A stretch of 64,000 bases of DNA from Rhodosorus marinus CCMP1338 (lineage: Eukaryota > Plantae > Rhodophyta): NCBI GenBank assembly GCA_029953675.1, contig JAMWBK010000009.1:682001-746000 (forward strand), written 5' to 3'. Every line of letters begins with the position of its first letter. Positions within the stretch are counted from its first letter, which is position 1. The notes below the pieces were generated by a model. The model saw only the letters and a list, made by a program, of their open reading frames with translations, ran no database searches and was not told where the DNA came from. The translations under genes were made by a program, and so were the position numbers. Positions 38,788-50,024 of this stretch are shown in pieces.

Positions 38788-39104
38788 AATCGAGAACGTC
38801 GTGTAAGGTTACGACTTTACCTGGGCTTGCCGCAACCCCCTTGGCCTGTTGAGCGGGATTCTAGATGCGCATTGTGCGGGGCCAATGTGCCGTGGGGTGA
38901 TTATGGTGCGCATTTGTTGGCGTCTTGTGCGCAGGTTCAAGGGGCCCGGACCCGACGCCATCCGCGGCTCAACCGCTTGCTTTTCCGCTACCTTCGTTCT
39001 CAATCGCTCGGTACGGACCAAGAAGTGGAGTATGAGGTCCCTCTGGCGGTGGCATCGGAAATTGCTGATGAGAGTGACCGACGCCCCAGCGGTACAGCGG
39101 GTGA

Positions 39105-42100
39105 CAGAGGCTAACTACCCTGAGAAGCGAGAGACAAGACGCTGATGACGCGCGTCCACAAACAAAGCAGAATTGGAGCGCCACAGGGTCAAAGAAAGCT
39201 CCGTGAGCAGACTATCTAGACGCCCTGGGTCGTTGCGAAACAGAGCTCGCAGCCAGCGAGAACCTACACTATCTATCAAGCCAAAGCACTCAATAATGAG
39301 GGGGACGAACCGGTATGTCGCCGCCGAATCGTGAAAGGTAGGGTTTGACATCGCTGCCGCGTACTGCGAATCTTTCACTTGCCGCATGGACCGAGCTGCA
39401 GCTCCTCGACGCCGAGCCGACGCAGGCAGGTACCTGGTCGCCTGAGGACAAGGGATGGAGAGGTCAATGTACTCACTGCGATGCGCATTGAGGTCAGTCA
39501 CAACGAGATCCGCCACCCGCTGTACCGCTGGGGCGTCACTCTCATCAGCAATTTCCGATGCCACCGCCAGAGGGACCTCATACTCCACTTCTTGGTCCGT
39601 ACCGAGCGATTGAGAACGAAGGTAGCGGAAAAGCAAGCGGTTGAGCCGCGTATGGCGTCGGGTCCGGGCCCCTTGAACCTCCGCACAAGACGCCAACAAA
39701 TGCGCACCATAATCACCCCACGGCACATTGGCCCCGCACAATGCGCATCTAGAATCCCGCTCAACAGGCCAAGAGGGTTGCGGCAAGCCCAGGTAAAGTC
39801 GTAAGCTTATACGAAGTTCGAGATCGGTAAGCGCCAACCGCGGATACGCAGGTATGACCGTGAAGAAACGGGAGCTGAGACTCCCCCAAACCGCGCAGGC
39901 GAGCCAAAGTCGACGCCGAGCACGAAGGTAAACTCAGAAGGGTGGCATGCGAATCCCGATGTATGTCCCACGAAAGGGTTTTTTGGATTACATCGGTCCT
40001 CGAAGGGGCCGGACCCGACCGGGAAACGCCCTCCTCTGGCGGTCTCGACGGCACACCCACGGCGTCAATATCCTCGGCAGTTTCTACACCATTTCCAACA
40101 CGCGGTGCTGCCGCAGATACTCCCGAACGCTGGCCACCGAGGGAGACAAGAACTGCCGCTCAGGAATCGCAACGAGCCTGGGTACCACTCGGCAGGGCGG
40201 TACATTGTTGAAAAGCGGCCACCAGTCCCGCAAAAACCCTCCCGAGCCCTGGAGCGAGAGTCCCGGCCAGCCGCCCAACCCGAAGTATACTCAACAAACC
40301 ACTCACATGCGGATCACACTTCGTAGACCATGTATTTAGCGCATTGGCCCACGAACTCACCACAGCCGCCGGCTGGATCGTCGCGTAAGATCCCACAGCA
40401 AGCCCGCCCAGCCGCACGGGCAACGCGATCTGCCGGTGAAGGACGTCCTTTTCTGCATTCCCCAAAACAGATAGCTCAGCATCCACCAGCGTGCCTAGCA
40501 CGTCCCTCGCTCGTCGGTCTGCGCGGAGCGCCAGCCAAGACCCCCACTCGGAGGGTAGCTGCCGCAAAAAATAGGTCAGCCTCTGGCACGCGCTGAACCG
40601 GAAGATGAGCAGAGCGGTCTGGAGGTACCCTTCTGGGAGACTGCACAGCTCAGTCAGGAGCTCATCATGATGACTCAGGAGCGCGGAGAGGCTGCGTTCA
40701 ACAAATATCGGAGTGCCTACGGGGACAGCGAACAGAAGGAAGCCCTCAGCTCGCCAAATATCTCGGAACCTGGATGGAACCGCGTCCGCGGTGCAGTGAG
40801 ACCCCCCACCCAGAAGTTGCACTTGGCATGGTTGATACGCAGCCCCACCAAGGAAGCCACCTCGCCGAGAAAATCGTAGGCCGGCGCCAGATCGTCGGGA
40901 GTGCCAAGAAGCGTCACATCGTCATGGGAGGCAACCGCACGGACCCGCGGGAACTGATGTTTCAGCCGCAACAGCACCATTTGCAATCCACAGGCGTGCA
41001 GGAACGGCCATGAGGGATCGCCCTGCTGCACACCCGTATGGGCCGCAAAGGTGTGGGTCTCGGCACCCAAGGTGACAAATCGGGGCCCGTTCGGCGCTTC
41101 ACCATATACGCGGCCTAAGAACGGAAAGCCAGAGGGGAAAAGCTGACGAACTACCTCAAGCGCGTGTGCTCGAGACACACTGTTAAACGCGTTGGCGAAA
41201 TCCACAGAAAGCGTGCCCAAGGGGTCATCGCGGAGACCGTCCAGCTGCAGGATACGCGTCATCATTCGCGTCACCAGTTCACAGCCACCTGAATAGCCGA
41301 CACCGACCTGGGTCAACCCAAAAAAGCCCTGGCCTCCCTAGTGAGCTGACGCGATAGAAAGCGGCTCGCCAGCTTCCGCAATGCTTCGCACATCCCGATT
41401 GGCCGAAGGGAAGGTGTCTGGTCTGAATGTCCAGGCTTGGGCAAGAGGACCAGTTGGGAGCGCGACAATAGTTTCCAGGCATCTGCGCAAGAATCGTCCC
41501 CATTGACAAGACCCTCCAGTACCCGCGCAAGGGCGTCCAGCCCTTCTTCACCCAACCAGTGAAAAAGTTCGACCCGGAGTCCTGAGGGACCAGGTGCACG
41601 ACCTTTCGGGGCGGACCGGAGCAGAGCCAGAACCTCATCCGGCCGGACAAACAACCGACCCCTACCGCGTGAGGAATCGACAAAAGGATCTAAGACACGC
41701 TGGAACTCAGAGTTCCAACTCACGTCGGGCGCAGGGACAACGCGGCGACTGGATCAGCCAGGTCAGTCCGATACGGCTCGACTGAAGCGCCTTGCTGGAG
41801 GATGGCCACCCCACGCCGAATATCCCCCTGTGCCACTGCTGCCTTTGCCCGTACCTGCCTACGGGAACGAGAAGAAGGTGAAGTCCCGCACGAAGAGGAA
41901 GAAGAGACACTAGACACTAGTGACATAAAGATTCTAAGAAAGCAAAGTCCCCCCGCCAGAAAAGACTGAACTTTGCGTCTAATTGGACATGCATCGCGCC
42001 CCTGGGAGACCGTGAGCACTAGCCGAGGAAAAACAAACAAAAGCTTCCAAGCAAGTGCTGCTTGAGGATGGTCGGCCACTTCCATAAGCAGGAAATCCAA

Positions 42101-42780
42101 AAGAAAAGAAACCCTCCTGCGCAAACGATGAGGGGAGAGAGACTGGGGGCGAACGAGGGCAAAGAGGGATATCCCCAGAAGGAAAACGCCCAACAAAACC
42201 TTCGAACCAAGAGAAAAGGCGAGAACGCCAGTCCTCAAAGCTACCTGGGCTCGGAAAGAAAGCAGGAAGCTCGCAATGTTCCCTAAAAGACTCAGACATC
42301 CTGCTCCCTCACCACGGAGCAAGCGTCTACGGGATGCGAATCCGCAACGGAATCAGAAGAATTTCCTCCCCCAACTGGCGCCAAGAAGGGGCGCTCGAGC
42401 GGAGGGGCACGCAAACAGGAGAGGGATGCATAGATAGCCCCTAAGCAGCCGGAGACCCTCCCCCGGACGCCAACGGGCGAAGGGGTGCTCGGTTCAATGG
42501 CGAGCGGGTCCACCTCTGGTTCGACATTTACATCCATAGAGGGTAGTTCCCCCACGTCGTCACAAGGCTCCGCACCGACAGAAAGACTCCCAGCGGGAAA
42601 CACCTGAGCAAAGTCAGGATGATTCTCCAAAAGCGAAGTTTCCGAGGCAAGGAAATCTTAGACCGCAGCATTGAGGAAACCCCTATTTGGGAGCCGATCT
42701 AGAAGGTTTTTCTGAAACCTTGAAAGCCGTTCAAGGGTTCTGGAACTTCTGGAACTAAGAAGTAATCCTAATTCAATACA
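39105..42780 (-). mobile_element. CRE-like retrotransposon, longest copy A (keeps the upstream ORF, lacks the tail)
   Basis: ORFs 42292-42630, 41720-42322, 41313-41723, 40717-41316, 40160-40822 and 39115-39837. Nearly identical to copy B. The 5' boundary is approximate. Confidence 0.93.
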
Positions 42781-42802
42781 TGAGAGGGACAGTTTGCTAG
42801 TT

Positions 42803-42948
42803 CTAGAAATATTGATAATTCAATATGTCAACCCGAGCTGATTGATTATTAGACAAGCGTTGATTGAATGAATATCTAGAAATATTCATAATTCAATATT
42901 TGAACCCGAGCTGATTGATGATTAGACAAGCGTTGATTGAATGAATAT
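42803..42948 (+). repeat. Tandem duplication of a 73-bp AT-rich unit
   Basis: CTAGAAATATT..AACCCGAGCTGATTGA..TTAGACAAGCGTTGATTGAATGAATAT at 42803 and 42876. Confidence 0.9.
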
Positions 42949-43049
42949 CGGACCAACAATCGGAGTCGTGTTTTAAGTAATTTCAACCCGCACTCGATTT
43001 TTCTAATGAGTTGTAATAGTCTATCCTCACGAACAATTGGTTCGCCTAA

Positions 43050-43480
43050 ATACCCTGAGAAGCGAGAGACAAGACGCTGATTGCGTGCGTCTACAAACAA
43101 AGCGGCATTTGAGCGCCACAGGGTCAAAGAACGCTCCGTGGGCAGACTATCTAGACGTCCTGGGTCGTTGCCAAAGGTACCTCGTAGCCAGCGAGAACCA
43201 ACACTATCTATCAAGCCAAAGCATTCAATAGTGAGGGGGACAAACCGGTATGTCACCGCCGAATCCCGAAAGGTAGGGTTTGACATCGCTGCCGCGTACT
43301 GCGATTCTTTCACATGCCGCATGGACCGAGCAGCGGCATCGCTCCCGCGTACTGTGATTCTTTCACATGCCGCATGGACCGAGCTGCAGCTCCTCGACGC
43401 CGAGCGGACGCAGGCAGGTACCTGGTCGCCTGAGGACAAGGGATGGAGAGGTCAATGTACTCACTGCGATTTAGGTCAGG
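43050..43480 (-). mobile_element. 3' fragment of the CRE-like element inside the AT-rich block
   Basis: Encodes YAAAMSNPTFRDSAVTYRFVPLTIECFG..RLVSRFSG and carries an internal 53-bp duplication. Confidence 0.85.
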
Positions 43481-44560
43481 TCAGACACAACGAAATCCGC
43501 CTTTTAAGGAAGAATTTCAATACAAAACAGCTTGTTGGCGGAGGAGGGGAGCATCGTCTTCCGACCTACTGAATTTTTTTTCTAGCGGCGACTAGCGACA
43601 ACCAATATCGTTCTGCTCATGTCAGGGAATGCCAAAAAAAATATTCAAAAGTTTTGCCTGGCGCTTCCCGCTGTTTGTGGGCTAATTTATTCCCTTTCAA
43701 TTTCACCCAATAAATAAATAAAACAAATTGCGGTTTTTGACATATTGAATCGCAGCCATTGGAATCCAAGCTTTGCATTTTCCACCACCGAATATATTGG
43801 AGAGGGGATGCGTTTCATCGAAGCGCGGTCACAAAAGGAGGAAGATACTTAGAAACTGATCGAATTTCTTCGAAACTGATTGTTCTTGACAATCAGTTTT
43901 ATGATTTTGATAGGGGGTAAGAAGGTGTGATCTTGACTAGACTACAGTTGGCTGGTTGTCAATTGCTATCTCCGTCCGATAAAGACAAAGTCGGAATTAC
44001 GTCGGATAAATATCGGACTGTCTGATAAAAAAAAGTGGGAGACGGGCTTCGCCTTGCTATATTAGAAATTCCCACGGCTACGACGTACTAGTTTGGGAGC
44101 TTCGCCTTGTCTTTCTCTTCTTCTTCTTCTACCAGTCGATGCTCACTGATTGCGTGGATGAGAGTATCACTATCCTTGCGCTCCGTTTCTGCTGTGGTTA
44201 ACTTCTAGATTAAAGGAAGCAGAACATGGTGAGATTGTTGCCACGCGACCTGGACCTGTATTTAGTAATAATAAAACTATATTTTCGTGGATCCAGTCCA
44301 ATATGAGTTTATTGAACCTGAATAGAAAAGATAAAACAGGCTTTGTTCGATAAACGGTCCGATATCGACCGATTGCGTCCGATATTTTTCAATGATTTTT
44401 TCATCTTTTTAGGCTCGCGGTCGGTTGCCGATTCGACTAAGGTTTGATTTTCATCAATACGCAACGCCAGGCTCGATCATCATTCGATCATCACCTTTTT
44501 TCGTTTGGACAACAAAGGTGGCTTTTGCCTTCTCAACCAACGCTACGACAGCGTGTTGAT

Positions 44561-44680
44561 CTCAAAAGTAATCATGATTCATTGTATGATTATGGCAACT
44601 TGGCTTGCCGAGAAGTAATTATGATTCATGATATGCGCGTGAGAGCTTGTTGTGACGAGAAGTAATCATGATACAATGTC
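44561..44680 (+). repeat. Three AAGTAATYATGATWCA cores at exact 47-bp spacing
   Basis: Cores start at 44566, 44613 and 44660, and the intervening sequence differs. Confidence 0.7.
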
Positions 44681-45733
44681 TGGACCGGAGATGATTGATT
44701 AGTGCAATCTAGACTGTTGATTGAATATCGGACGAATTATCGGACTTATTTGTCGGACTGGCAATCGGACCTGTTTTAGAGTTTCAATTAGACACCGAGT
44801 CATTTTATACTATTTTTCAATATTCTATCCAATTCGAAAGTTTTATCGGACGGACATGACAACACACTAATGTTTGCATCAATTGTGGCAGACAGAGGCC
44901 AATCAGCGCCGATTTAGAACTGTTCTCATCAAGGAAAAAAAAAGAAAAAGAGGAATTGGGCGCGTGTGCTATTTATTATCCATGTCTAATTGATATCCCA
45001 AATTTTCGTGTCATTCTGCTTAATGGTGGAAAATGGAGCAGGTAGGCTGGAGGCTCGACAAGGAAAAAGGCCGAAACGCGGGTCGAGAGAATTCCCTCCT
45101 CCGCACGGCTTGATGACAACGGGCTGGAAAGAATCTGAGAGGGGGACAGAGAGAGGGAGAGTTGGAGGCGGGAGTTTTGTAGGATTGTGGGTCGGCGTAT
45201 TTCTTGCTAGTGTGTATGGAAGCTTTTTGCGACGTGTTCCTGAGGAGGTAGGGGAGGAGAAGTTCAGAGGGACATCGGACGGGCGTTGTTGGGACGGCGG
45301 GGTTGTTCTAGTTGGTTTCGGAAGAGATGATGGGTTGTTGACTGGCGATTCAGTTTCGGTTGTGTTTTCTGCTATTATTTGGAGCGGTGGATGGGCGGGG
45401 GAATTGGTGACCTGCGTGGGTGGGGCGGGAAAGTTGCTTGAATGGGGGGTGTTGGCAGTGGGTAGAGCGTGGAGGTGGTTGCAGGTATCGTACGACTGTT
45501 GTTGGGTGGGTTGGCCAGGTGGGATTGCTGGAACTTGGTAGGGCAGGGGGTGGTTGTACTTGGATGTGTCTAAGTGTGGGTTGAGGGCGGGTGGTGAAAG
45601 TGTGGTGTGCGGGTTGTTTGAACGCGGTGTCATTCTTCAGGTGCAGGGGAAGAAATTGATTTTATGTAAACGGAGTGGGAAATTTGAGGGATTTGAAGCA
45701 TTTGCCGCTTTCGGTTGGGTTTTCGGGTGGACG

Positions 45734-46993
45734 ATGGAGTCGACCACAATGTCTGTGGCGACGTTCAACGTGCTTGCGCCCTGTTATAGACGTCTCGATG
45801 AGCTCAGCACGAAGGTACCCGCCGCAGAGGAGAGCAGAGTTGTACAAGGAAATTTTGGAAGGCGACCGAGACCTAGAGAATCCCAGTTTCGTGACCTTTG
45901 GAGCGCCCGTTGTTCAGAAATGTGCGCGTTTGTGAAGGCTGATATCTTCGACGTTGTCTGCCTCCAAGAGTTCTGGTTTGATGAAGACTACGTGGCAAAA
46001 TTTTCTGATTGTTTTGCTAAGGACTACGAGCTTTTCTCTGCCCAAAGAACTGGCGGAAAAGCAGACGGGCTTGTGACGATGGTAAGGGAGAAGCTATTGA
46101 AGGGTTCAGTTGTAAGCTTTTGGCTGTGTTATTGAGGTTTAAAACTCCGTGTCTTCTGGTATGACTTGTTAGCTTCGCAGAGGCAAGTTCAACGTGGAGC
46201 ACATGCAAAAACTTGAATTCAAGGATGCGGGTAACCGTGTCGCGTTGCTGTTGTGTGCACGCCTAGCTGATATGGGCTCGCTCTTGATCATTGTGAACAC
46301 TCATCTCACTTTTCCGCACCACGAGCATGATCGGATTCTAAGACAGAGCCAAATATCCAAGCTAGTAGTACGTAGCCATGATCAATAACCCCAACCCCTT
46401 GAACGAGCCAAATGTATTACCGTAGGGATTGACCAGGGCATTGCTCGAAATCCCTCTTCATCTGTAGGACTTTATTGACGGATTTGTCGACCGTCATGGA
46501 CTTGAGAACGTCCCCGTCATCATCGGGGGGGACATGAACGGAGACCACGCCGATCCAGTCTGTGCTCACCTGCGAGCGAACTGCTTTGTCAATTCCTTTG
46601 TCCAAGTGACGGGGCTAGAGGATGTAGAGACGCACTTGAATCACCGGAACGAGAGGGTATTTGTGGACCACATTTGGTACCGCAAGCACATATATGGTAG
46701 CCCAATTTCCGGGAGGCTGGAAACGGTGAGTGTGCCTTGGGCTGAGCACATGGGATGACATGCATAGCTGATTGCTGACCTATTTATCACGCTGTCCTGG
46801 ACTATCGATACGAAAGGATTCTTCGGGCTCAGACGATGAACTTCGAGATACGCACCTTGTTCCCAGAGACTTCATTGTCAAACCGCAGAGCGAGGACTTG
46901 CAGCCATGGGTGGACGATTTTCAGCTCTCTGATCATCGCCTCGTGAGCATCACGTTCGAGGTCGAGGCGGAGCTACCTAGGGACCAGTCCTAG
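45734..46993 (+). CDS. Endonuclease/exonuclease/phosphatase (EEP) family protein, multi-exon
   Basis: VATFNVLAP, DVVCLQEFW, KADG, VNTHLTFPH, IIGGDMNG, VDHIWY and LSDH, which form the EEP catalytic set. Confidence 0.9.
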
Positions 46994-47280
46994 TCGCTCG
47001 CAATTACTTAGGTCAAACTCTCTCCGTATTCTTATGTGGACATTTTTAACTTTAATTGTCTTTTCCGACTCCCTAATTCCGAAAAATGTAATTTTTTGTG
47101 TTTGCCTCGGGGCGAACAATGTTTTGAAGAATCCGTCGTGCTAAGCAGCTCTTATATCCTACCTAGCCCCTAGTCCCAGTTCTGAAACCCGATCCCATTC
47201 ACCTGCCAAGTTTCCAGAGTGGGTTCCGCTACCCGGTGGCCTTCCTAGCGGGGTTCTTCTGCAACAGTTTATGCACGAAT

Positions 47281-48585
47281 TTATTCACTGCCGCCGCTCT
47301 CCTGCTTGTCGGCAGCTACCGGAATATTATCTCGCAGCTCGTTGAAAGCCAATCCGCCGAGCAGGAGCACCTTGGGAACCCAGAAAGTCCAGGGCTGTCT
47401 GCGTTTCTAGTAATGAGCAAAAGCAAACGGTTGGAACCGTGTTAGCGAAAGGCCGCGGATAGGAGCGATGCGGAGGTGAAGGGAGTCGCAAAGTGTGAGC
47501 AGACAACCACGAGCAACCCTATGAAGAATGTTGGGAGGTCACTACCTGACACTCAAAGTACGTGAGAAGAGCGAGTACGGCGTTGAACGCGTAAATAAGT
47601 AGCAGACCTTTTCGTAGCCACTCACGGACCTCTTCGGAAAGCTGCGTCAATGGGAATCCCGGGTAGTAAATGTTCGCAGTAAGGAGCACTACCCCGAGGC
47701 CAACCATATGACCTGTTTGTAAATATGGAAGAACGTATCTGGACACGCACCAGTCGAGCAAGCTAGCGAATGAGTTTGCTTGACCCAGGCCAACACAATG
47801 GCGTTTCGGCTAGAGTAACTAACCCAAATTCTTCGCTCTTGGATCCTCTTCCCAAAAAGGAAGCAGCCAGATCATAGTCAGTAGTCGCGTCCTTTTGTGA
47901 TATCACAAAATCGGGGTCGACCTGGATCTGCTCCTTCAGCGATTCCTTGTTCATTGCAAAAGCCGATGTGAGCTGCTTCACGCTTGCTTCAACAGTGCCC
48001 CCCTCGGCCGAAGTGAGGTCTACTGCGACTGGATCCTCAACCTGCAAATTTTGTGTTCGACAAGGTCGTTCATGAGCACATCACGCCTTCAGACACGCGG
48101 CTGACGAAGGAAAACCTTCTCACCTTCTTCTTTGATCGCCTCCGTCTTCTTCGTTTGCTTGGCTTTTTAGATTCACTGGTATATTCATCTGGTGAAAGCG
48201 GGCCTTGGAAATCCACTGTGTCGGGTTTGGGGTTGAACTCGTCTCCAGCTTCCATTAAGGATGCAGAATCTGCAGGTGGCGGTACAATGCTAGCATCTAC
48301 GACTTCCCCGGGTTGAGCTGGCTTTCCTATCTTAGGATCAAGCGCTTCTGGACTTCCTCCCGCGCTCATCTGAGGAGACAGTTCCTCATTCCTTCCCACG
48401 GGCATCGTAGGCTTGTCCGCTTTGGGAGCTGGACTGGAACCCCTGGCTTTAGATTTTTTTGCCTTCTTCTTTTTGGCCATACACACTACACCCTGTCTCG
48501 GCCCAGTCAGCTTTTCGCCAGGTCGACGCTGCTGCAACATCGGCGAAAGCCCGATGAAACCCACACAATTCTGGAAACCATCCAT
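47281..48585 (-). CDS. Hypothetical plastid-targeted membrane protein
   Basis: Leader MDGFQNCVGFIGLSP..VVCMAKKK resembles a plastid transit peptide. Later hydrophobic exons end WVPKVLLLGGLAFNELRDNIP..GGSE*. Confidence 0.55.
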
Positions 48586-50024
48586 TGCAAAAAAAAAACA
48601 AAAAAAAGAGTTCTCACGAAAACAATCTCTCCGCTTTGGCCTCCCTCTCTCCCCGCCCTCCCTCCCGGCCCACAAAACAACCCAAATACGTCCCAAGAAA
48701 ACCCAGAAGAAGCAAAACACAAGCACGGAGCGAAAATGTCCCAACCTCAATCTCACGCTACTCCAACCTCAATCTCACGCTACTCCGTCAGGCCTTATCA
48801 CCAGACCAAACGTAAACGACTCAGAAAAAAAACAAACACCAAAAGCACCAGCAAAAAAAACAAAGATTCTACCGACAAAGCTCCTCCAGAAACTCCTCCA
48901 TCGCTGCAACCCTCACCAACCACCCTCTCTCTCTACGAACTAAAAAGCTTGAAAGCAAACCGACGTTGACGGCAATGCCAGATCCTTCATACACCCAACA
49001 AGAAGAAACCACTCGCGTCGGATTCCAACCCCGTCTTGTGCCGACCCTCACAGAAAAATAAAAAAAAGAGGAGGCAAAATTTGACTCCTTTCTCAAAGTA
49101 GCATCCCAAACAACGCACTCGACAGCCTCCCCGATCACCTCATACAAACCAACTGACGTTCAAAAATGCCATCCCAAACACACTCTACAGAAACCCTCTC
49201 AATCACGCTCAAAACATCTCCATTGATCTTTGCAAGTGCCACTCTCAAATGCATCGGCCGTCTTTTTTAACCCCCCGGACGTCCCTCCCCCTCCCCCTCC
49301 TCCCCCTCCTCCCCTTCCTCCCCTTCCTCCCCTTCCTCCCCCCTCGCGGTCCGATCCTTGGAAAAAGTCACATCACTAGCTCACAGTCGAAAAATAATCC
49401 CTAATCCAAAATATCCCTGGGGGGGTAAGAAATGGTTCAAGGTTCTTTTTTTGTAATATTATTAAATATAAATATCTAAGTTTCTTGATTTTTACCACCC
49501 CCTTGGAGAAAGAAATCTGATCGATTGCAGCCATTCAATCTCCATGGCGGCTTAGTAAATCACTAATTGGTACTATTGTACAATTGACTAGGTTGGTTGG
49601 TGTGGTTGTTGGGGAAAACTGACGATTTCGGAGGGTGGGTGGCTTGGTGTCTTCGAGTGGGAAAGTGGAGTCACGAGTGTGTTACTACTAGCTAATGAGT
49701 AAACATGAACTATTCAAACCTACTGGCACTCTCATAACTACGAAGTGCAGCCCACGAGTTGCCTCTCCACAGCCGCATGCGGTTCGATCGTGGCGCGAGC
49801 TGTGCTCAGAGGCGGTAGAGTCGGGAGTCTCTGGTTCGCCTGCTGAGCCATCGAAGGTCTGCCATTGTACGTGCTGCAAGTCGTGAGTAGGTTCAAAGGC
49901 CATTGGCTTGGACGAGGTTTGTTGTGTTAGACGATCCGCGGATTTCCGTTTAGGGTACTTCTGGAGGGTTTCCCGCTGTAGACGCGCAATTGACGCGTGG
50001 GGTATATGCTAGGAAACGCCTAGT

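Larger units (their letters stand above)
23845..43480. mobile_element. ~20-kb island of nested CRE-like RLE non-LTR retrotransposon copies
   Basis: The same RT/CCHC/RLE sequence recurs throughout on both strands, and no host gene is recognisable within the island. Confidence 0.95.

Noticed and set aside
44561-44680. CRISPR array call
   Set aside because: Only three short imperfect cores, a eukaryotic context and no cas genes. Kept as a repeat finding only.
44986-45633. Long ORFs 44986-45633 and 44990-45541 (also 14354-14902 and 48313-48969)
   Set aside because: These are by-products of G/T or C/A compositional skew and antisense overlap with real genes.
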